From positions 1-39,354 of the forward strand of contig CAIOKC010000008.1 in NCBI GenBank assembly GCA_903858755.1: a DNA stretch of 39,354 nucleotides. The letters run 5' to 3'. The DNA is from an uncultured bacterium. GTDB taxonomy: Bacteria; Patescibacteriota; Minisyncoccia; Phycocordibacterales; UBA2100. A program made the translations under genes and the position numbers. Shown piece by piece: positions 24,334-33,451 of the stretch. The notes beneath the pieces are model-generated. The model saw only the letters and a program-made list of their open reading frames with translations, searched no databases and had not been told where the DNA came from. Positions within the stretch are counted from its first letter, which is position 1; each line of letters begins with the position of its first letter.

Positions 24334-25603
24334 ATACGCGGAGAACTTTGAGGAGTTTTTCTTTGCTGGTGTGTGGACCGATGATCGCGAGATTGAGTCC
24401 GCTTGTCTTGAAGATATCGCGCGCGACGCGCTGCACGTCTACCGCACTCACCTTGTCGATACCTTCCACGATATCTTCAAGCAATCGGATGTTTCCCGTA
24501 TTGATAAGCGAAGACGCTGCATTTCCCGCGACCTCGTCGCTCGTCTCGAGTGAGAGCGTCTTGGTGCCTTTGATATACGATTTCGCCTTATTGAGCTCGG
24601 CGGCGGATATTTTTTTCGTCTTCACCTTTCCGAATTCCGCCAGGATGGTCGATACTGTCTTCTCTAGCTTGCCATGCTCCACGCCGGCTTGGACGACAAG
24701 AGCGCCCGTGTCGGGATACTTCTCTGTCCACGCGTGCACCGAGTAGGCGAGACCGCGCTTTTCGCGCACTTCGAGGAAGAGTCGGCTGCTCATGCCGCCT
24801 CCGAGGATGGTCGCGAGTACGGTCAGTGCGTACTCGTCGTGGTGTCCGTACGGGTACGCCGGTACGCCGAGCATCAGCTGCGTTTGATCCGTCTCCTTCT
24901 CTTTTATCGCGACACGTGGCGCAGTTTGCGAGGCGGTGAATGGAATCGGCTTCACGGGATTCCCGTGCTTGAGCTTCCCGAAATCGCGCGTGATTTTGGA
25001 GAGTATCTTGGGGGTATCGAATGAACCTGCGACGCAGACCACCGTGTTTGCCGGCGTGTATTGGCGTTTCAAATACGAGACAAAGTCTTTGCGCTTGAAG
25101 CGGCGGATATTTTCTTTCGGTCCAAGGATGGTGCGCCCGAGCGGATGCTCTTCTCCAAAGATGAGCGCATCGAATACGTTGTCCACCGTGCGCATCGGCA
25201 TGTCTTCGTACATGTCGATTTCCTGAATGATCGCGCCGCGCTCCTTCTCGATTTCTTTCTCGGGCAGTGTCGAATTGAGGAAAATATCGCTAATGACGTC
25301 GAGTGCGGTATCTATGTAGCCGCTCGATACTTTTGCATAGTATGCGGTGCGCTCTTTTGCGGTGAAAGCGTTGTAGATGCTTCCTGTCGCGTCAAGCTCT
25401 TGGCTGATCTTCTTCGCGCTTGGGCGCTTCTTTGTGCCTTTGAAGAACATGTGCTCAAGGAAATGGGCAAGGCCGTTTTCCCGCTTGGTCTCGTAGCGTG
25501 ATCCCGTGCCAGTCATGACGATGACCGTGGCAGTTTCCGTTCCCTCCATCGGTACGAGGATGACGCGGAGGCCGTTCTTCAGCGTGTGAATGTGATGCTG
25601 CAT
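24332..25603 (-). CDS. M16 family (pitrilysin-like) zinc metallopeptidase
   Basis: HxxEH motif GLAHFLEHMFFKGT, NAFT, SSRLFLEVREKRGLAYSV. Confidence 0.95.
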   Translation of the reverse strand: MQHHIHTLKNGLRVILVPMEGTETATVIVMTGTGSRYETKRENGLAHFLEHMFFKGTKKRPSAKKISQELDATGSIYNAFTAKERTAYYAKVSSGYIDTALDVISDIFLNSTLPEKEIEKERGAIIQEIDMYEDMPMRTVDNVFDALIFGEEHPLGRTILGPKENIRRFKRKDFVSYLKRQYTPANTVVCVAGSFDTPKILSKITRDFGKLKHGNPVKPIPFTASQTAPRVAIKEKETDQTQLMLGVPAYPYGHHDEYALTVLATILGGGMSSRLFLEVREKRGLAYSVHAWTEKYPDTGALVVQAGVEHGKLEKTVSTILAEFGKVKTKKISAAELNKAKSYIKGTKTLSLETSDEVAGNAASSLINTGNIRLLEDIVEGIDKVSAVDVQRVARDIFKTSGLNLAIIGPHTSKEKLLKVLRV

Positions 25604-25639
25604 AGGCGCCAGCATAGCAGGCTGTGTGCGCCGCCGTGC

Positions 25640-25668
25640 TTGACATGCGCGAGCTGGATACGTACTGT
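25640..25668 (+). promoter_or_regulatory. Putative sigma70 promoter
   Basis: TTGACA-N17-TACTGT. Confidence 0.6.
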
Positions 25669-25756
25669 GGATTTAGCCGCCACTCGTGAGTCGCAGGGAT
25701 CCTCCGCGCTGCTCGAAGTGTGGCAATCGATCAATGACATTTTGGGAGAGGAAACA

Positions 25757-26890
25757 ATGAGTCAAGCTACCGCAGAACCTTCAACCTGCTCGATACCGAT
25801 CACTTTCCGGTACAACGGTCAGGAAACGATCATCAAGACGCTTGGAAGGAAATTCGAGACATCTCTCACGCAATTATTGCGTGAAGCAAACGTCGCCGGT
25901 TCGTTCGTGGTGACTTGTGCCACGAAGGTAAAGGGGAGACCTCATATGCAAGGTCTGACCATCGGCTCGCCGAATGGAAAGCATCGATCCGTCGAGGTGT
26001 GCTGGCAGGAAGGCGGCAACGACGGGCGCTACAGCATGCTTCTGAGCTGTCCCCATGGTATGGATCCGATGGAATTCCATAGCCGTCTCAAAGCGGCGGA
26101 AGCTGCATTGGATGCCGCCGAGACCGACAGCGACACCTCTCGCGATCTCCCCCCGATCCACGTGGAAGAAGATCACACCGGACGCGGGGTCGTGACGAGC
26201 ATCAACTTCGGGAAACCGGAGAAGACACCGGAATCCGGTCAGCCTGCCAACGTGGTCGGTCCGAAGGATGATTTTGCTCAAGCAGCCGAAAAGGCGCAGA
26301 AGAGCATCATTCGCTTCGCCGACAACGAAAGCGCAGTCGAGCTCTTTGTCGAGGAGTGTCTGAAGTATTCCGATGTCGATGGGCGCGTTCTGCGGGCTGT
26401 GTGCTGGAAAGTCTTGAAAGAGTCGTTTCAGTACACTCGGACAGGCTCTATCTGCGAGGCGCTTGTGACGAGGGGGCACTTGGTAGTGCTTGATGGAGAC
26501 AAAGATCGCTACCAGATACCCGAAGCTTGGCTCAAGCGCTTTCGTCCCAGCGCTGCTTCGGAGAGAATTCCGGCGGCGAGCACGACGAAGTCCGAGACGG
26601 CGCCGGGAATTTCAAAACCTGTCGTCGAGAAGACCTCTCCCTCCGGAGAGCCGACACCTCGGTCGAAAAGCCTTGCCGACGACATTGCTGAGCTTGCGAA
26701 AAAAGCTCAGACAGCGGCAAAGCTGCGCAAGAGCCTGGAGGAAATCAAGGTGGAACTTGTCCACGTCGACTCTTTGCGTCAGGGGATTCTCGCTCGGCAA
26801 GCGAAGATCGAAGCCATGCTTCAGCGCCCCGATCTCCTCGACGCTGAAGAGAAGCTGGCAGTGATCCAGAAAACACTTTCAGGCGCTTGA
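25757..26890 (+). CDS. Hypothetical protein (377 aa) with C-terminal coiled coil
   Basis: SD GGAGAGG, long ORF, own promoter and terminator; no family recognised. Confidence 0.75.
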   Translation: MSQATAEPSTCSIPITFRYNGQETIIKTLGRKFETSLTQLLREANVAGSFVVTCATKVKGRPHMQGLTIGSPNGKHRSVEVCWQEGGNDGRYSMLLSCPHGMDPMEFHSRLKAAEAALDAAETDSDTSRDLPPIHVEEDHTGRGVVTSINFGKPEKTPESGQPANVVGPKDDFAQAAEKAQKSIIRFADNESAVELFVEECLKYSDVDGRVLRAVCWKVLKESFQYTRTGSICEALVTRGHLVVLDGDKDRYQIPEAWLKRFRPSAASERIPAASTTKSETAPGISKPVVEKTSPSGEPTPRSKSLADDIAELAKKAQTAAKLRKSLEEIKVELVHVDSLRQGILARQAKIEAMLQRPDLLDAEEKLAVIQKTLSGA

Positions 26891-26904
26891 TGCCTGGAAG
26901 ATCC

Positions 26905-26940
26905 GCGGACGGAGCACGCGCTCCGTCCGCTTTCTTTTTT
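26905..26940 (+). terminator. Intrinsic terminator
   Basis: GCGGACGGAGC-ACGC-GCTCCGTCCGC then TTTCTTTTTT. Confidence 0.85.
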
Positions 26941-26967
26941 ACAGAAAGCGCGCTACGTTTATATGCA

Positions 26968-28884
26968 ATGACCCTCAATCAGATACGGACAAAGTATGTT
27001 GAGTACCTGAAAGCGCGGGGGCATACCCTCATCCCCAGCGCGTCTCTCGTCCCGCAGAACGACCCGACGACGCTTTTCACCGGCAGCGGCATGCAGCCTT
27101 TGGTGCCGTACCTGCTCGGCGAGCCGCACCCGAAAGGGAGCCGCTTGGTCAATAGCCAAAAAAGTTTTCGCGCGGAAGATATCGAAGAGGTGGGCGACAA
27201 TCGCCACACGACGTTTTTCGAGATGCTCGGCAATTGGTCGCTTGGCGATTATTTCAAGAAAGAGCAGCTCCCCTGGTTCTTCGGATTTCTGACCGAAGAG
27301 ATCGGTCTTGATCCGAAGCGTTTGTACGTCACTGCATTCATTGGGGACGAGAAGAACAGCGTCCCGCGCGACGACGAATCCGCAGAAATCTGGCAAGAGC
27401 TGTTCGCGGGTAAGGGAATAGAGGCGAAGATCGTGCCGATCGGCTCTGAAGCAGACGGCTATCGCCTTGGCATGCAAGGCGGGCGTATTTTTTTCTACGA
27501 TGCGAAAAAGAATTGGTGGAGCCGTGCAGGGGTCCCTGAAAACATGCCGGCGGGAGAGCCGGGCGGACCTGATTCCGAAGTGTTTTACGATTTTGAGACA
27601 CCGCACGATCCGAAATTCGGCGCGGAGTGCCATCCAAACTGCGATTGCGGTCGATTCCTTGAAATAGGGAACTCCGTCTTTATGCAGTACATCAAAAAAG
27701 AAGATGGATCTTTCGGGCTGCTTCCCAAGCAGAATGTGGATTTCGGCGGAGGGTTGGAGCGCATCAGCGCGGCGTCGAGTGGAAATGCCGATGTCTTTCT
27801 CATCGACGTCTTCGTTGACATCATTGATCTTCTCGCGCACTTCTCGGGCAAGGAATATGCGGATAGCAGGTACCAGCGCTCCTTCCGTATTATCGCCGAT
27901 CACATGCGCGCGGCGACTTTTATGCTCGCGGACGGCGTGCGACCTTCGAATACCGAGCGCGGCTACATCCTGCGCCGCCTCATCCGCCGAGCCGCCCAGC
28001 ACATGATGAAGCTTGGAGCAAACGACGGAGAGAAGGAGGACAGCATGCTTATCCGCGCGGCGATTATCGTCGTCGAGAAATACAAGCAGGCATATCCGGA
28101 ATTGGATGGGGAAGAGGTGTATGAAGTGATTACAGAAGAGATCTGGAAAGAACAAGTGCAGTTTGCTCATGTTCTTGCAGAAGGCGTTCCCCGAGTTATC
28201 AAGATTGCGCAAACAGGTTATATCTCCGGCGCTCAGGCGTTTGGAGTTTCTTCAACCTTGGGAGTTCCGTTTGAAATGATTCAAGAAATTGCTGCTGAGC
28301 ATAAGGCGGATGTTGGAGAGCTTGATTTTGAAGCAGCGATGGAGAAGCACAGAGAAGTCTCTCGGGCAGGCATTGAACAAAAATTCAAAGGCGGACTTGC
28401 GGATACGTCGGAAAAGACGACGCGGCTTCACACGGCTCACCACTTGCTCCTCAAAGCGCTTCAGATAGTGCTCGGCGATCAGGTCAAGCAACGCGGGTCG
28501 AATATCACGCAAGAGCGTCTCCGTATTGACTTCTCGTACGGTCAGAAAATGACGCAGGAGCAGATCAGAGAGGTCGAGGATATCGTCAATGAGCAGATAC
28601 GAAACGCTCTGCCTGTCGTCCGCTCGACGCTTCCGAAAGAGGAGGCGGAGCAACTCGGCGCTCAGCACGAATTCGGAGCGAAGTATCCGGATGTCGTCTC
28701 CGTCTACTCGGTGGGACCGGCAGGTGCGAGCGAACGCGATCCGCAATTCGACGCGGCATTTTCTATAGAGTTCTGCGGCGGACCACATGTCTCCAATACT
28801 TCTGATCTCGCGGGCACATTCAAGATCCAAAAAGAAGAAGCGATCGCCTCCGGTATCCGACGTATTAAGGCAATTATCACCTAG
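26968..28884 (+). CDS. alaS: Alanine--tRNA ligase (short form, no C-Ala domain)
   Basis: DPTTLFTGSGMQ, HTTFFEMLGNWS, EIGNSVFMQY, VDFGGGLER, DHMRA, HTAHHLL, EFCGGPHV, GIRRIKA. Confidence 0.97.
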   Translation: MTLNQIRTKYVEYLKARGHTLIPSASLVPQNDPTTLFTGSGMQPLVPYLLGEPHPKGSRLVNSQKSFRAEDIEEVGDNRHTTFFEMLGNWSLGDYFKKEQLPWFFGFLTEEIGLDPKRLYVTAFIGDEKNSVPRDDESAEIWQELFAGKGIEAKIVPIGSEADGYRLGMQGGRIFFYDAKKNWWSRAGVPENMPAGEPGGPDSEVFYDFETPHDPKFGAECHPNCDCGRFLEIGNSVFMQYIKKEDGSFGLLPKQNVDFGGGLERISAASSGNADVFLIDVFVDIIDLLAHFSGKEYADSRYQRSFRIIADHMRAATFMLADGVRPSNTERGYILRRLIRRAAQHMMKLGANDGEKEDSMLIRAAIIVVEKYKQAYPELDGEEVYEVITEEIWKEQVQFAHVLAEGVPRVIKIAQTGYISGAQAFGVSSTLGVPFEMIQEIAAEHKADVGELDFEAAMEKHREVSRAGIEQKFKGGLADTSEKTTRLHTAHHLLLKALQIVLGDQVKQRGSNITQERLRIDFSYGQKMTQEQIREVEDIVNEQIRNALPVVRSTLPKEEAEQLGAQHEFGAKYPDVVSVYSVGPAGASERDPQFDAAFSIEFCGGPHVSNTSDLAGTFKIQKEEAIASGIRRIKAIIT

Positions 28885-28915
28885 TCGTGCCTAAAGTGTT
28901 GGTATACTGAGAACG

Positions 28916-30073
28916 ATGAATCTCGGGTCTTTTCGTGGCGGGAGAGGGAAGATTGTCGCCGTCGCCGAAGTCGGAAGCGGCAGCGTCGCCTTTGCCGTCG
29001 TTGAAATACAAAAAGGGAAACCCGCCGTCGTGCTCGCCGCGGATCGAGCGACACTTGCTCCAGAAGTGCGCGGCGATGAAGCCACGGTTGCCGGTATCGG
29101 TGATCTTGCCGTGCAAGCGGGCACCAGTGCGCTTTCCGCATATGCGAAAGACTGGCAGAAGACCAAAGGACATGTCGAGGCGATGTATGCCGTCATACGG
29201 ACCCCTTGGACGCGCTCGCAGGCGGTGCGAGCGCACAAGGAATTCTCCGAGCCTGTCCGGATAACAGGGCGCGCTATTTCAGCGCTCGCTCGTGAGGCGC
29301 TCTCCAGCGTGAGAATAGACAGACAACGATTCCTCGAGGCGCGCGTCATGGGAATCGAGCTCAATGGGTATCCTACGGCTCGTCCGGAGGGTCAGTGGGC
29401 TCACACCGTATCTCTGACCGGTCTTGTAAGCGAGTGCGATCCTAGCCTTACAAAGGCGGTTGTGTCGGCTGTCGGTCGGTTGGTACCCCACGTGCGCCCG
29501 GTGCTCTACTCGGGCACGCGGGCGCTCATCGAAGCTCTCAAGAAGTATCTGCCGATCACCGAATACCTCGCCATCGACATCACCGCGGAGTCGACGACCA
29601 TCACCGTGGTGCATGGAGGTGTCATCGAAGGTCAGGGTGTCGTTCCCGAAGGCTCGTCAAGCATTCTCAATCGTCTTTCTCCGACGGCGCTTCCGGAAGA
29701 AACGCTCTCGCTTCTTCGCATGCTGGAGCGCGAGCACTGCGATACGGAGCCCTGCGATGCGCTGAAATCATCCATCGGGAAGATCGAGCCGGATTTGGTG
29801 CGCCTCTTCGGTGAGACGATGGGGAAATTGGCGGGAGTGCGCCGACTTCCGAATTACGCCGTGCTTTCGGTGCATGCCGACATGTCTCCGTGGCTTGTGA
29901 GATTCTTTTCTCGCATCGACTTCACGCAGTTCACGCAGACCGCACAGCCATTTATAATCCACGATCTTTCGCCGAAGAGCGTCGCGAGCACTCTTGCCGG
30001 AGCCGGGGTCGAGCTCGACACTGGGCTCGCGCTCGCGTGCGCACTTGTCAACAGCGAAGAAACCGAAGAATAA
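28916..30073 (+). CDS. FtsA/PilM-like actin-fold protein (divergent)
   Basis: N-terminal AVAEVGSGSV (DIGS-like), NGYP, second-lobe LAIDITAESTTITVV. Confidence 0.55.
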   Translation: MNLGSFRGGRGKIVAVAEVGSGSVAFAVVEIQKGKPAVVLAADRATLAPEVRGDEATVAGIGDLAVQAGTSALSAYAKDWQKTKGHVEAMYAVIRTPWTRSQAVRAHKEFSEPVRITGRAISALAREALSSVRIDRQRFLEARVMGIELNGYPTARPEGQWAHTVSLTGLVSECDPSLTKAVVSAVGRLVPHVRPVLYSGTRALIEALKKYLPITEYLAIDITAESTTITVVHGGVIEGQGVVPEGSSSILNRLSPTALPEETLSLLRMLEREHCDTEPCDALKSSIGKIEPDLVRLFGETMGKLAGVRRLPNYAVLSVHADMSPWLVRFFSRIDFTQFTQTAQPFIIHDLSPKSVASTLAGAGVELDTGLALACALVNSEETEE

Positions 30074-30103
30074 ACTCGCGTGATACAATCACCGCATATT
30101 CGT

Positions 30104-31486
30104 ATGGCGAAAGATTATTTCGAAGACATCACTCCGCCGGAAAACGCATCGTCGGAGCGCACGCCGACACCGCCGCCATCCCTTGAGAGTCGAAGCGAGC
30201 AGGTACCGATACGCGTCGCCGACGCTCCTCCTGCGCGCGGCATACGCAATATTGCGGCGCCGCGCGCGGCGCGCGCGAAGGCAAGCGGCGATTTCCGCGA
30301 ACCGCCTCCTTTCCCAAGCGAGCCACCGCGCACGAAAGGATACTCTCGCTGGATTCTGTGGGGCGCGGCGCTTCTTGCCCTCGTCGCTCTCGCCACGCTC
30401 GCTCTCTTTTCATTCCGCGACACCGTGATCCGCGTCGTGCCGAAATCGCATACGGTCGTTTTTGATCCGGCGACCACATTTACCGCATTTCCAGAATCGA
30501 CGGCGGCTACGGGCACTCTTTCGTACACAGTGCAAACCTCGGAGCTCGAAGATTCGGAAGTCGTTCCTTCGCAAGGCACGACGCACGCCGAGACAAAAGC
30601 GAGCGGAAGCATCACCGTATACAATGAATATTCCGATGCGAGCGTGAAGCTCATCAAAAACACGCGCTTCCAGACTCCCGACGGGCTTGTATTCAGGACG
30701 CCGGCGGAGGTCGTCGTCCCGGGGAAGAAAGGTTCCGCGCCGGGGCAGGTGAACGTCATGGTCGTCGCCGATGCGGCGGGCGAGAAGTACAATATCGCTC
30801 CTGTATCGCGCTTCACCCTGCCAGGGCTCGCCTCAAGCCCCGGTATGTACGCCAAGGTATACGCAAAATCCACCGCGAGCTTTTCAGGCGGGTTCGTAGG
30901 CGATCAGCCCGCCGTCGCGCCGGGGGCCCTCGAGACCGCGCTCTCCGCTGTGCGCGCCCGCCTCGAAGAGAAGGCGCGCGCCGGGTCGACGGGCACCGGA
31001 AGTGAGACCATCATGTTCCCCGACATGATACAGATTACCTACCAGGACCTTCCAAATACTTCAGAGGCTGGAGGCGGGGTCCGTGTTCACCAAAGAGCGG
31101 TTATTGAAGTGCCCTCGTTCCCTTCCTCCGCATTCGCGAAGACCATCGCTCGTTCGGTATCTGCCGACGCCGAGGCTGCCGATGTCTTTCTCGTGCCGGG
31201 AGAGGGCTTCGGGGCACGTGTGAGCGAATCGCCGGCGCCGCTCGGCTCCAATCCGTTAGAATTCAGTCTTAGCGGCTCTGCGCAGTTGGTGTGGCGTGTC
31301 GATACCGCGGCGCTCGCAGATGCTCTCGCAGGCAGGAGCCAGGATTCGTTTACCACGATCGCCAACGAATTTCCCGGGATACAGGAGGCGCATGCCCGCA
31401 TCGAGCCGTTTTGGAAGACCGTCTTCCCCGCGGCGGCGGACATCACTATCCAGCTCGAGAGCCCAGCGCCAAGCGAAGCAATTTGA
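30104..31486 (+). CDS. Membrane-anchored protein with baseplate-J-like beta domain
   Basis: Pro-rich N-terminus, one TM, KASGSITVYN..NTRFQTPDGLVFRT..VVVPG..VVADAAGEKYNI. Confidence 0.6.
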   Translation: MAKDYFEDITPPENASSERTPTPPPSLESRSEQVPIRVADAPPARGIRNIAAPRAARAKASGDFREPPPFPSEPPRTKGYSRWILWGAALLALVALATLALFSFRDTVIRVVPKSHTVVFDPATTFTAFPESTAATGTLSYTVQTSELEDSEVVPSQGTTHAETKASGSITVYNEYSDASVKLIKNTRFQTPDGLVFRTPAEVVVPGKKGSAPGQVNVMVVADAAGEKYNIAPVSRFTLPGLASSPGMYAKVYAKSTASFSGGFVGDQPAVAPGALETALSAVRARLEEKARAGSTGTGSETIMFPDMIQITYQDLPNTSEAGGGVRVHQRAVIEVPSFPSSAFAKTIARSVSADAEAADVFLVPGEGFGARVSESPAPLGSNPLEFSLSGSAQLVWRVDTAALADALAGRSQDSFTTIANEFPGIQEAHARIEPFWKTVFPAAADITIQLESPAPSEAI

Positions 31487-31529
31487 CGAATCGTCTCTTA
31501 GTTGCTATCCTTCGTCGCGCAGATTGATT

Positions 31530-31736
31530 ATGGCTGAACCCGAGGTTGTCGAAGGCGTCGTTGATGAGGCGCTTCCGAACACTCTTTTTCGCGTCAAGCT
31601 AGGAAGCGGAGAGAGTGTTCTTGCATATCTCGCCGGCAAAATGCGTCTGCATAGAATCAAAGTACTTGTCGGTGACCGTGTGGCGCTCCAGCTTGATCCG
31701 TATGGAGGGCGTGCCCGGATAATCCGGCGCAACTAA
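31530..31736 (+). CDS. infA: Translation initiation factor IF-1
   Basis: EGVVDEALPNTLFRVKL, GKMRLHRIKVLVGDRV. Confidence 0.96.
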   Translation: MAEPEVVEGVVDEALPNTLFRVKLGSGESVLAYLAGKMRLHRIKVLVGDRVALQLDPYGGRARIIRRN

Positions 31737-31742
31737 CCCACC

Positions 31743-31856
31743 ATGAAGGTCAAAGCGTCTGTGAAGAAGATATGCCAGCATTGCCGCACCGTTAAACGGC
31801 GCGGGCGTGTCTGGGTCATCTGCACCAATCCTCGCCATAAGCAGCGACAAGGCTAA
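31743..31856 (+). CDS. rpmJ: 50S ribosomal protein L36 (absent from the ORF track)
   Basis: [37 protein letters not shown], translated by hand. Confidence 0.97.
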   Translation: MKVKASVKKICQHCRTVKRRGRVWVICTNPRHKQRQG

Positions 31857-31870
31857 GTACTCATTTTCAC

Positions 31871-32251
31871 ATGCGTATCGCAGGCATCACAGTACCGGAG
31901 GAAAAGCGCCTTGAGATAGCTCTCACGGCGATTTATGGCGTTGGTCGTCCTCGCGCTGAGGCGACCTTGCGCTCGCTCGGCATCGAGGCGGGCACGCGCG
32001 CAAAGGATCTTTCGGCGAAAGAGGAGAGCGCGCTCCGCGAGGCGATCGAGAAATTCATGCTCGAAGGGGAGCTTCGTCGCGAAATCTCGGGCAACATCCG
32101 CCGCCTCCGCGACATCAAAGCGCACCGAGGCAACCGCCACGCCAAGCACCTGCCGGTCCGCGGTCAGAGGACCAAGACGAATTCGCGCACTGTCCGCGGC
32201 AACGTCCGCAAAACTATGACGTCTGGTCGCCGTAAGCTGGAAAAGACATGA
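31871..32251 (+). CDS. rpsM: 30S ribosomal protein S13
   Basis: MRIAG, ALTAIYGVG, LPVRGQRTKTNSRT. Confidence 0.97.
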   Translation: MRIAGITVPEEKRLEIALTAIYGVGRPRAEATLRSLGIEAGTRAKDLSAKEESALREAIEKFMLEGELRREISGNIRRLRDIKAHRGNRHAKHLPVRGQRTKTNSRTVRGNVRKTMTSGRRKLEKT

Positions 32252-32325
32252 TCGATCAGTACGGAGTACGGTATGTCGCGCGCATACCAGAGACCGAACA
32301 CAAGATGCCACACCGTTGAATCACT

Positions 32326-32760
32326 ATGGGAAAGAAACGAATCATTAGAAAATCAGGAGGAACCGTCGATCAGGGACTCAAATCCCGCTCTCTTGCGCGT
32401 GTCGCGAAGAAGAACATTCTCGCCGGTACGCTGCATGTCCACGCGACGTACAATAATACGAAAGTCCTTCTCACGGATAAGCAGGGCAATGCGATCGCGT
32501 GGTCCTCGTCTGGCGCACTCGGATTTGCCGGTGCCAAGAAGGGGACTCCCTTTGCCGCCGCCAAAGTGGGCGAGCTTGTCGGAGACAAGGCGGCGATTAT
32601 CGGCGTAAAAGAGGTCGACGTCGTCATCCGCGGAGTGGGGGCCGGTCGCGAATCAGCGCTTCGCGCCTTTGCCGGAAAAGGAATCGACGTCACCAGGATC
32701 GCGGATGATACTCCGGTGCCGCACAACGGACCGCGTGCGCCCAAAGCCCGTCGCGTCTAA
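32326..32760 (+). CDS. rpsK: 30S ribosomal protein S11
   Basis: ATYNNT, KGTPFAA, GAGRESA, DDTPVPHNG. Confidence 0.97.
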   Translation: MGKKRIIRKSGGTVDQGLKSRSLARVAKKNILAGTLHVHATYNNTKVLLTDKQGNAIAWSSSGALGFAGAKKGTPFAAAKVGELVGDKAAIIGVKEVDVVIRGVGAGRESALRAFAGKGIDVTRIADDTPVPHNGPRAPKARRV

Positions 32761-32768
32761 ATCTATTT

Positions 32769-33374
32769 ATGCTTCTCATCAAATCAAAATTCAAGATAGC
32801 CAAGCGCCTTGGTGCGCAGATTTTCGAGAAAACCCAGAGTCAGAAATTCGCACTCTCGGAAGCCCGCATGAAGCGACCGAAGGGTCGCGGGGCATCCGAC
32901 TACGGCAAGCAGCTGTTGGAAAAACAGCGCGTGCGCTACACCTACGGTATTTCAGAAAAGCAGCTGAGCAAGTATGCGGAAGCCGCGTTCGAGGAGAAAG
33001 ATCCTCCGACGGCGCTTCATCAGGCGCTCGAAATGCGCGCTGATTCTGCGGTGTACCGCGCGGGGTTGTCGCCAACGCGCCGTGCGGCGCGCCAGGCGGT
33101 TTCTCACGGTCATATCACCGTCAACGGTCGCCGGATTACGACCCCTTCATACCGAGTCAAGGTCGGCGACGTCGTCGCCGTGCGCGAAGGAAGTGTGAAA
33201 AGTCCGCTCTTTGCCGGGCTTGTCGAAGCCAAGGAGGAAAATACGCGGGCAATACCGCAATGGCTCTCAGTGGACCTCACTATCCTCAAAGCTGAGGTGA
33301 CGGGGGTGCCATCGTATGATTCCGTAGGGGTCGGTCTCGATTACGCGACGGTGTTTGAATTTTACAGCAGATAG
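32769..33374 (+). CDS. rpsD: 30S ribosomal protein S4
   Basis: SDYGKQLLEKQ, ARQAVSHGH, PSYRVKVGD, EFYSR. Confidence 0.97.
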   Translation: MLLIKSKFKIAKRLGAQIFEKTQSQKFALSEARMKRPKGRGASDYGKQLLEKQRVRYTYGISEKQLSKYAEAAFEEKDPPTALHQALEMRADSAVYRAGLSPTRRAARQAVSHGHITVNGRRITTPSYRVKVGDVVAVREGSVKSPLFAGLVEAKEENTRAIPQWLSVDLTILKAEVTGVPSYDSVGVGLDYATVFEFYSR

Positions 33375-33383
33375 TGGTATACT
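33375..33383 (+). promoter_or_regulatory. Internal extended -10 upstream of rpoA
   Basis: TGG-TATACT immediately after the rpsD stop. Confidence 0.45.
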
Positions 33384-33451
33384 CCCGGGCACTTTGTGCA
33401 TCGGGGCTTATTTATTAACGCGGATATCTTCTAACAGGTCTTATATATCCT

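Noticed and set aside
30104-31486. Prophage or contractile injection system implied by the baseplate-J-like domain
   Set aside because: No other structural phage genes; the protein has a TM anchor and sits among housekeeping genes
32252-32325. 74-nt rpsM-rpsK spacer with a short repeat (GTACGG twice) and a small stem
   Set aside because: Too short and weak to support an RNA element without comparative data
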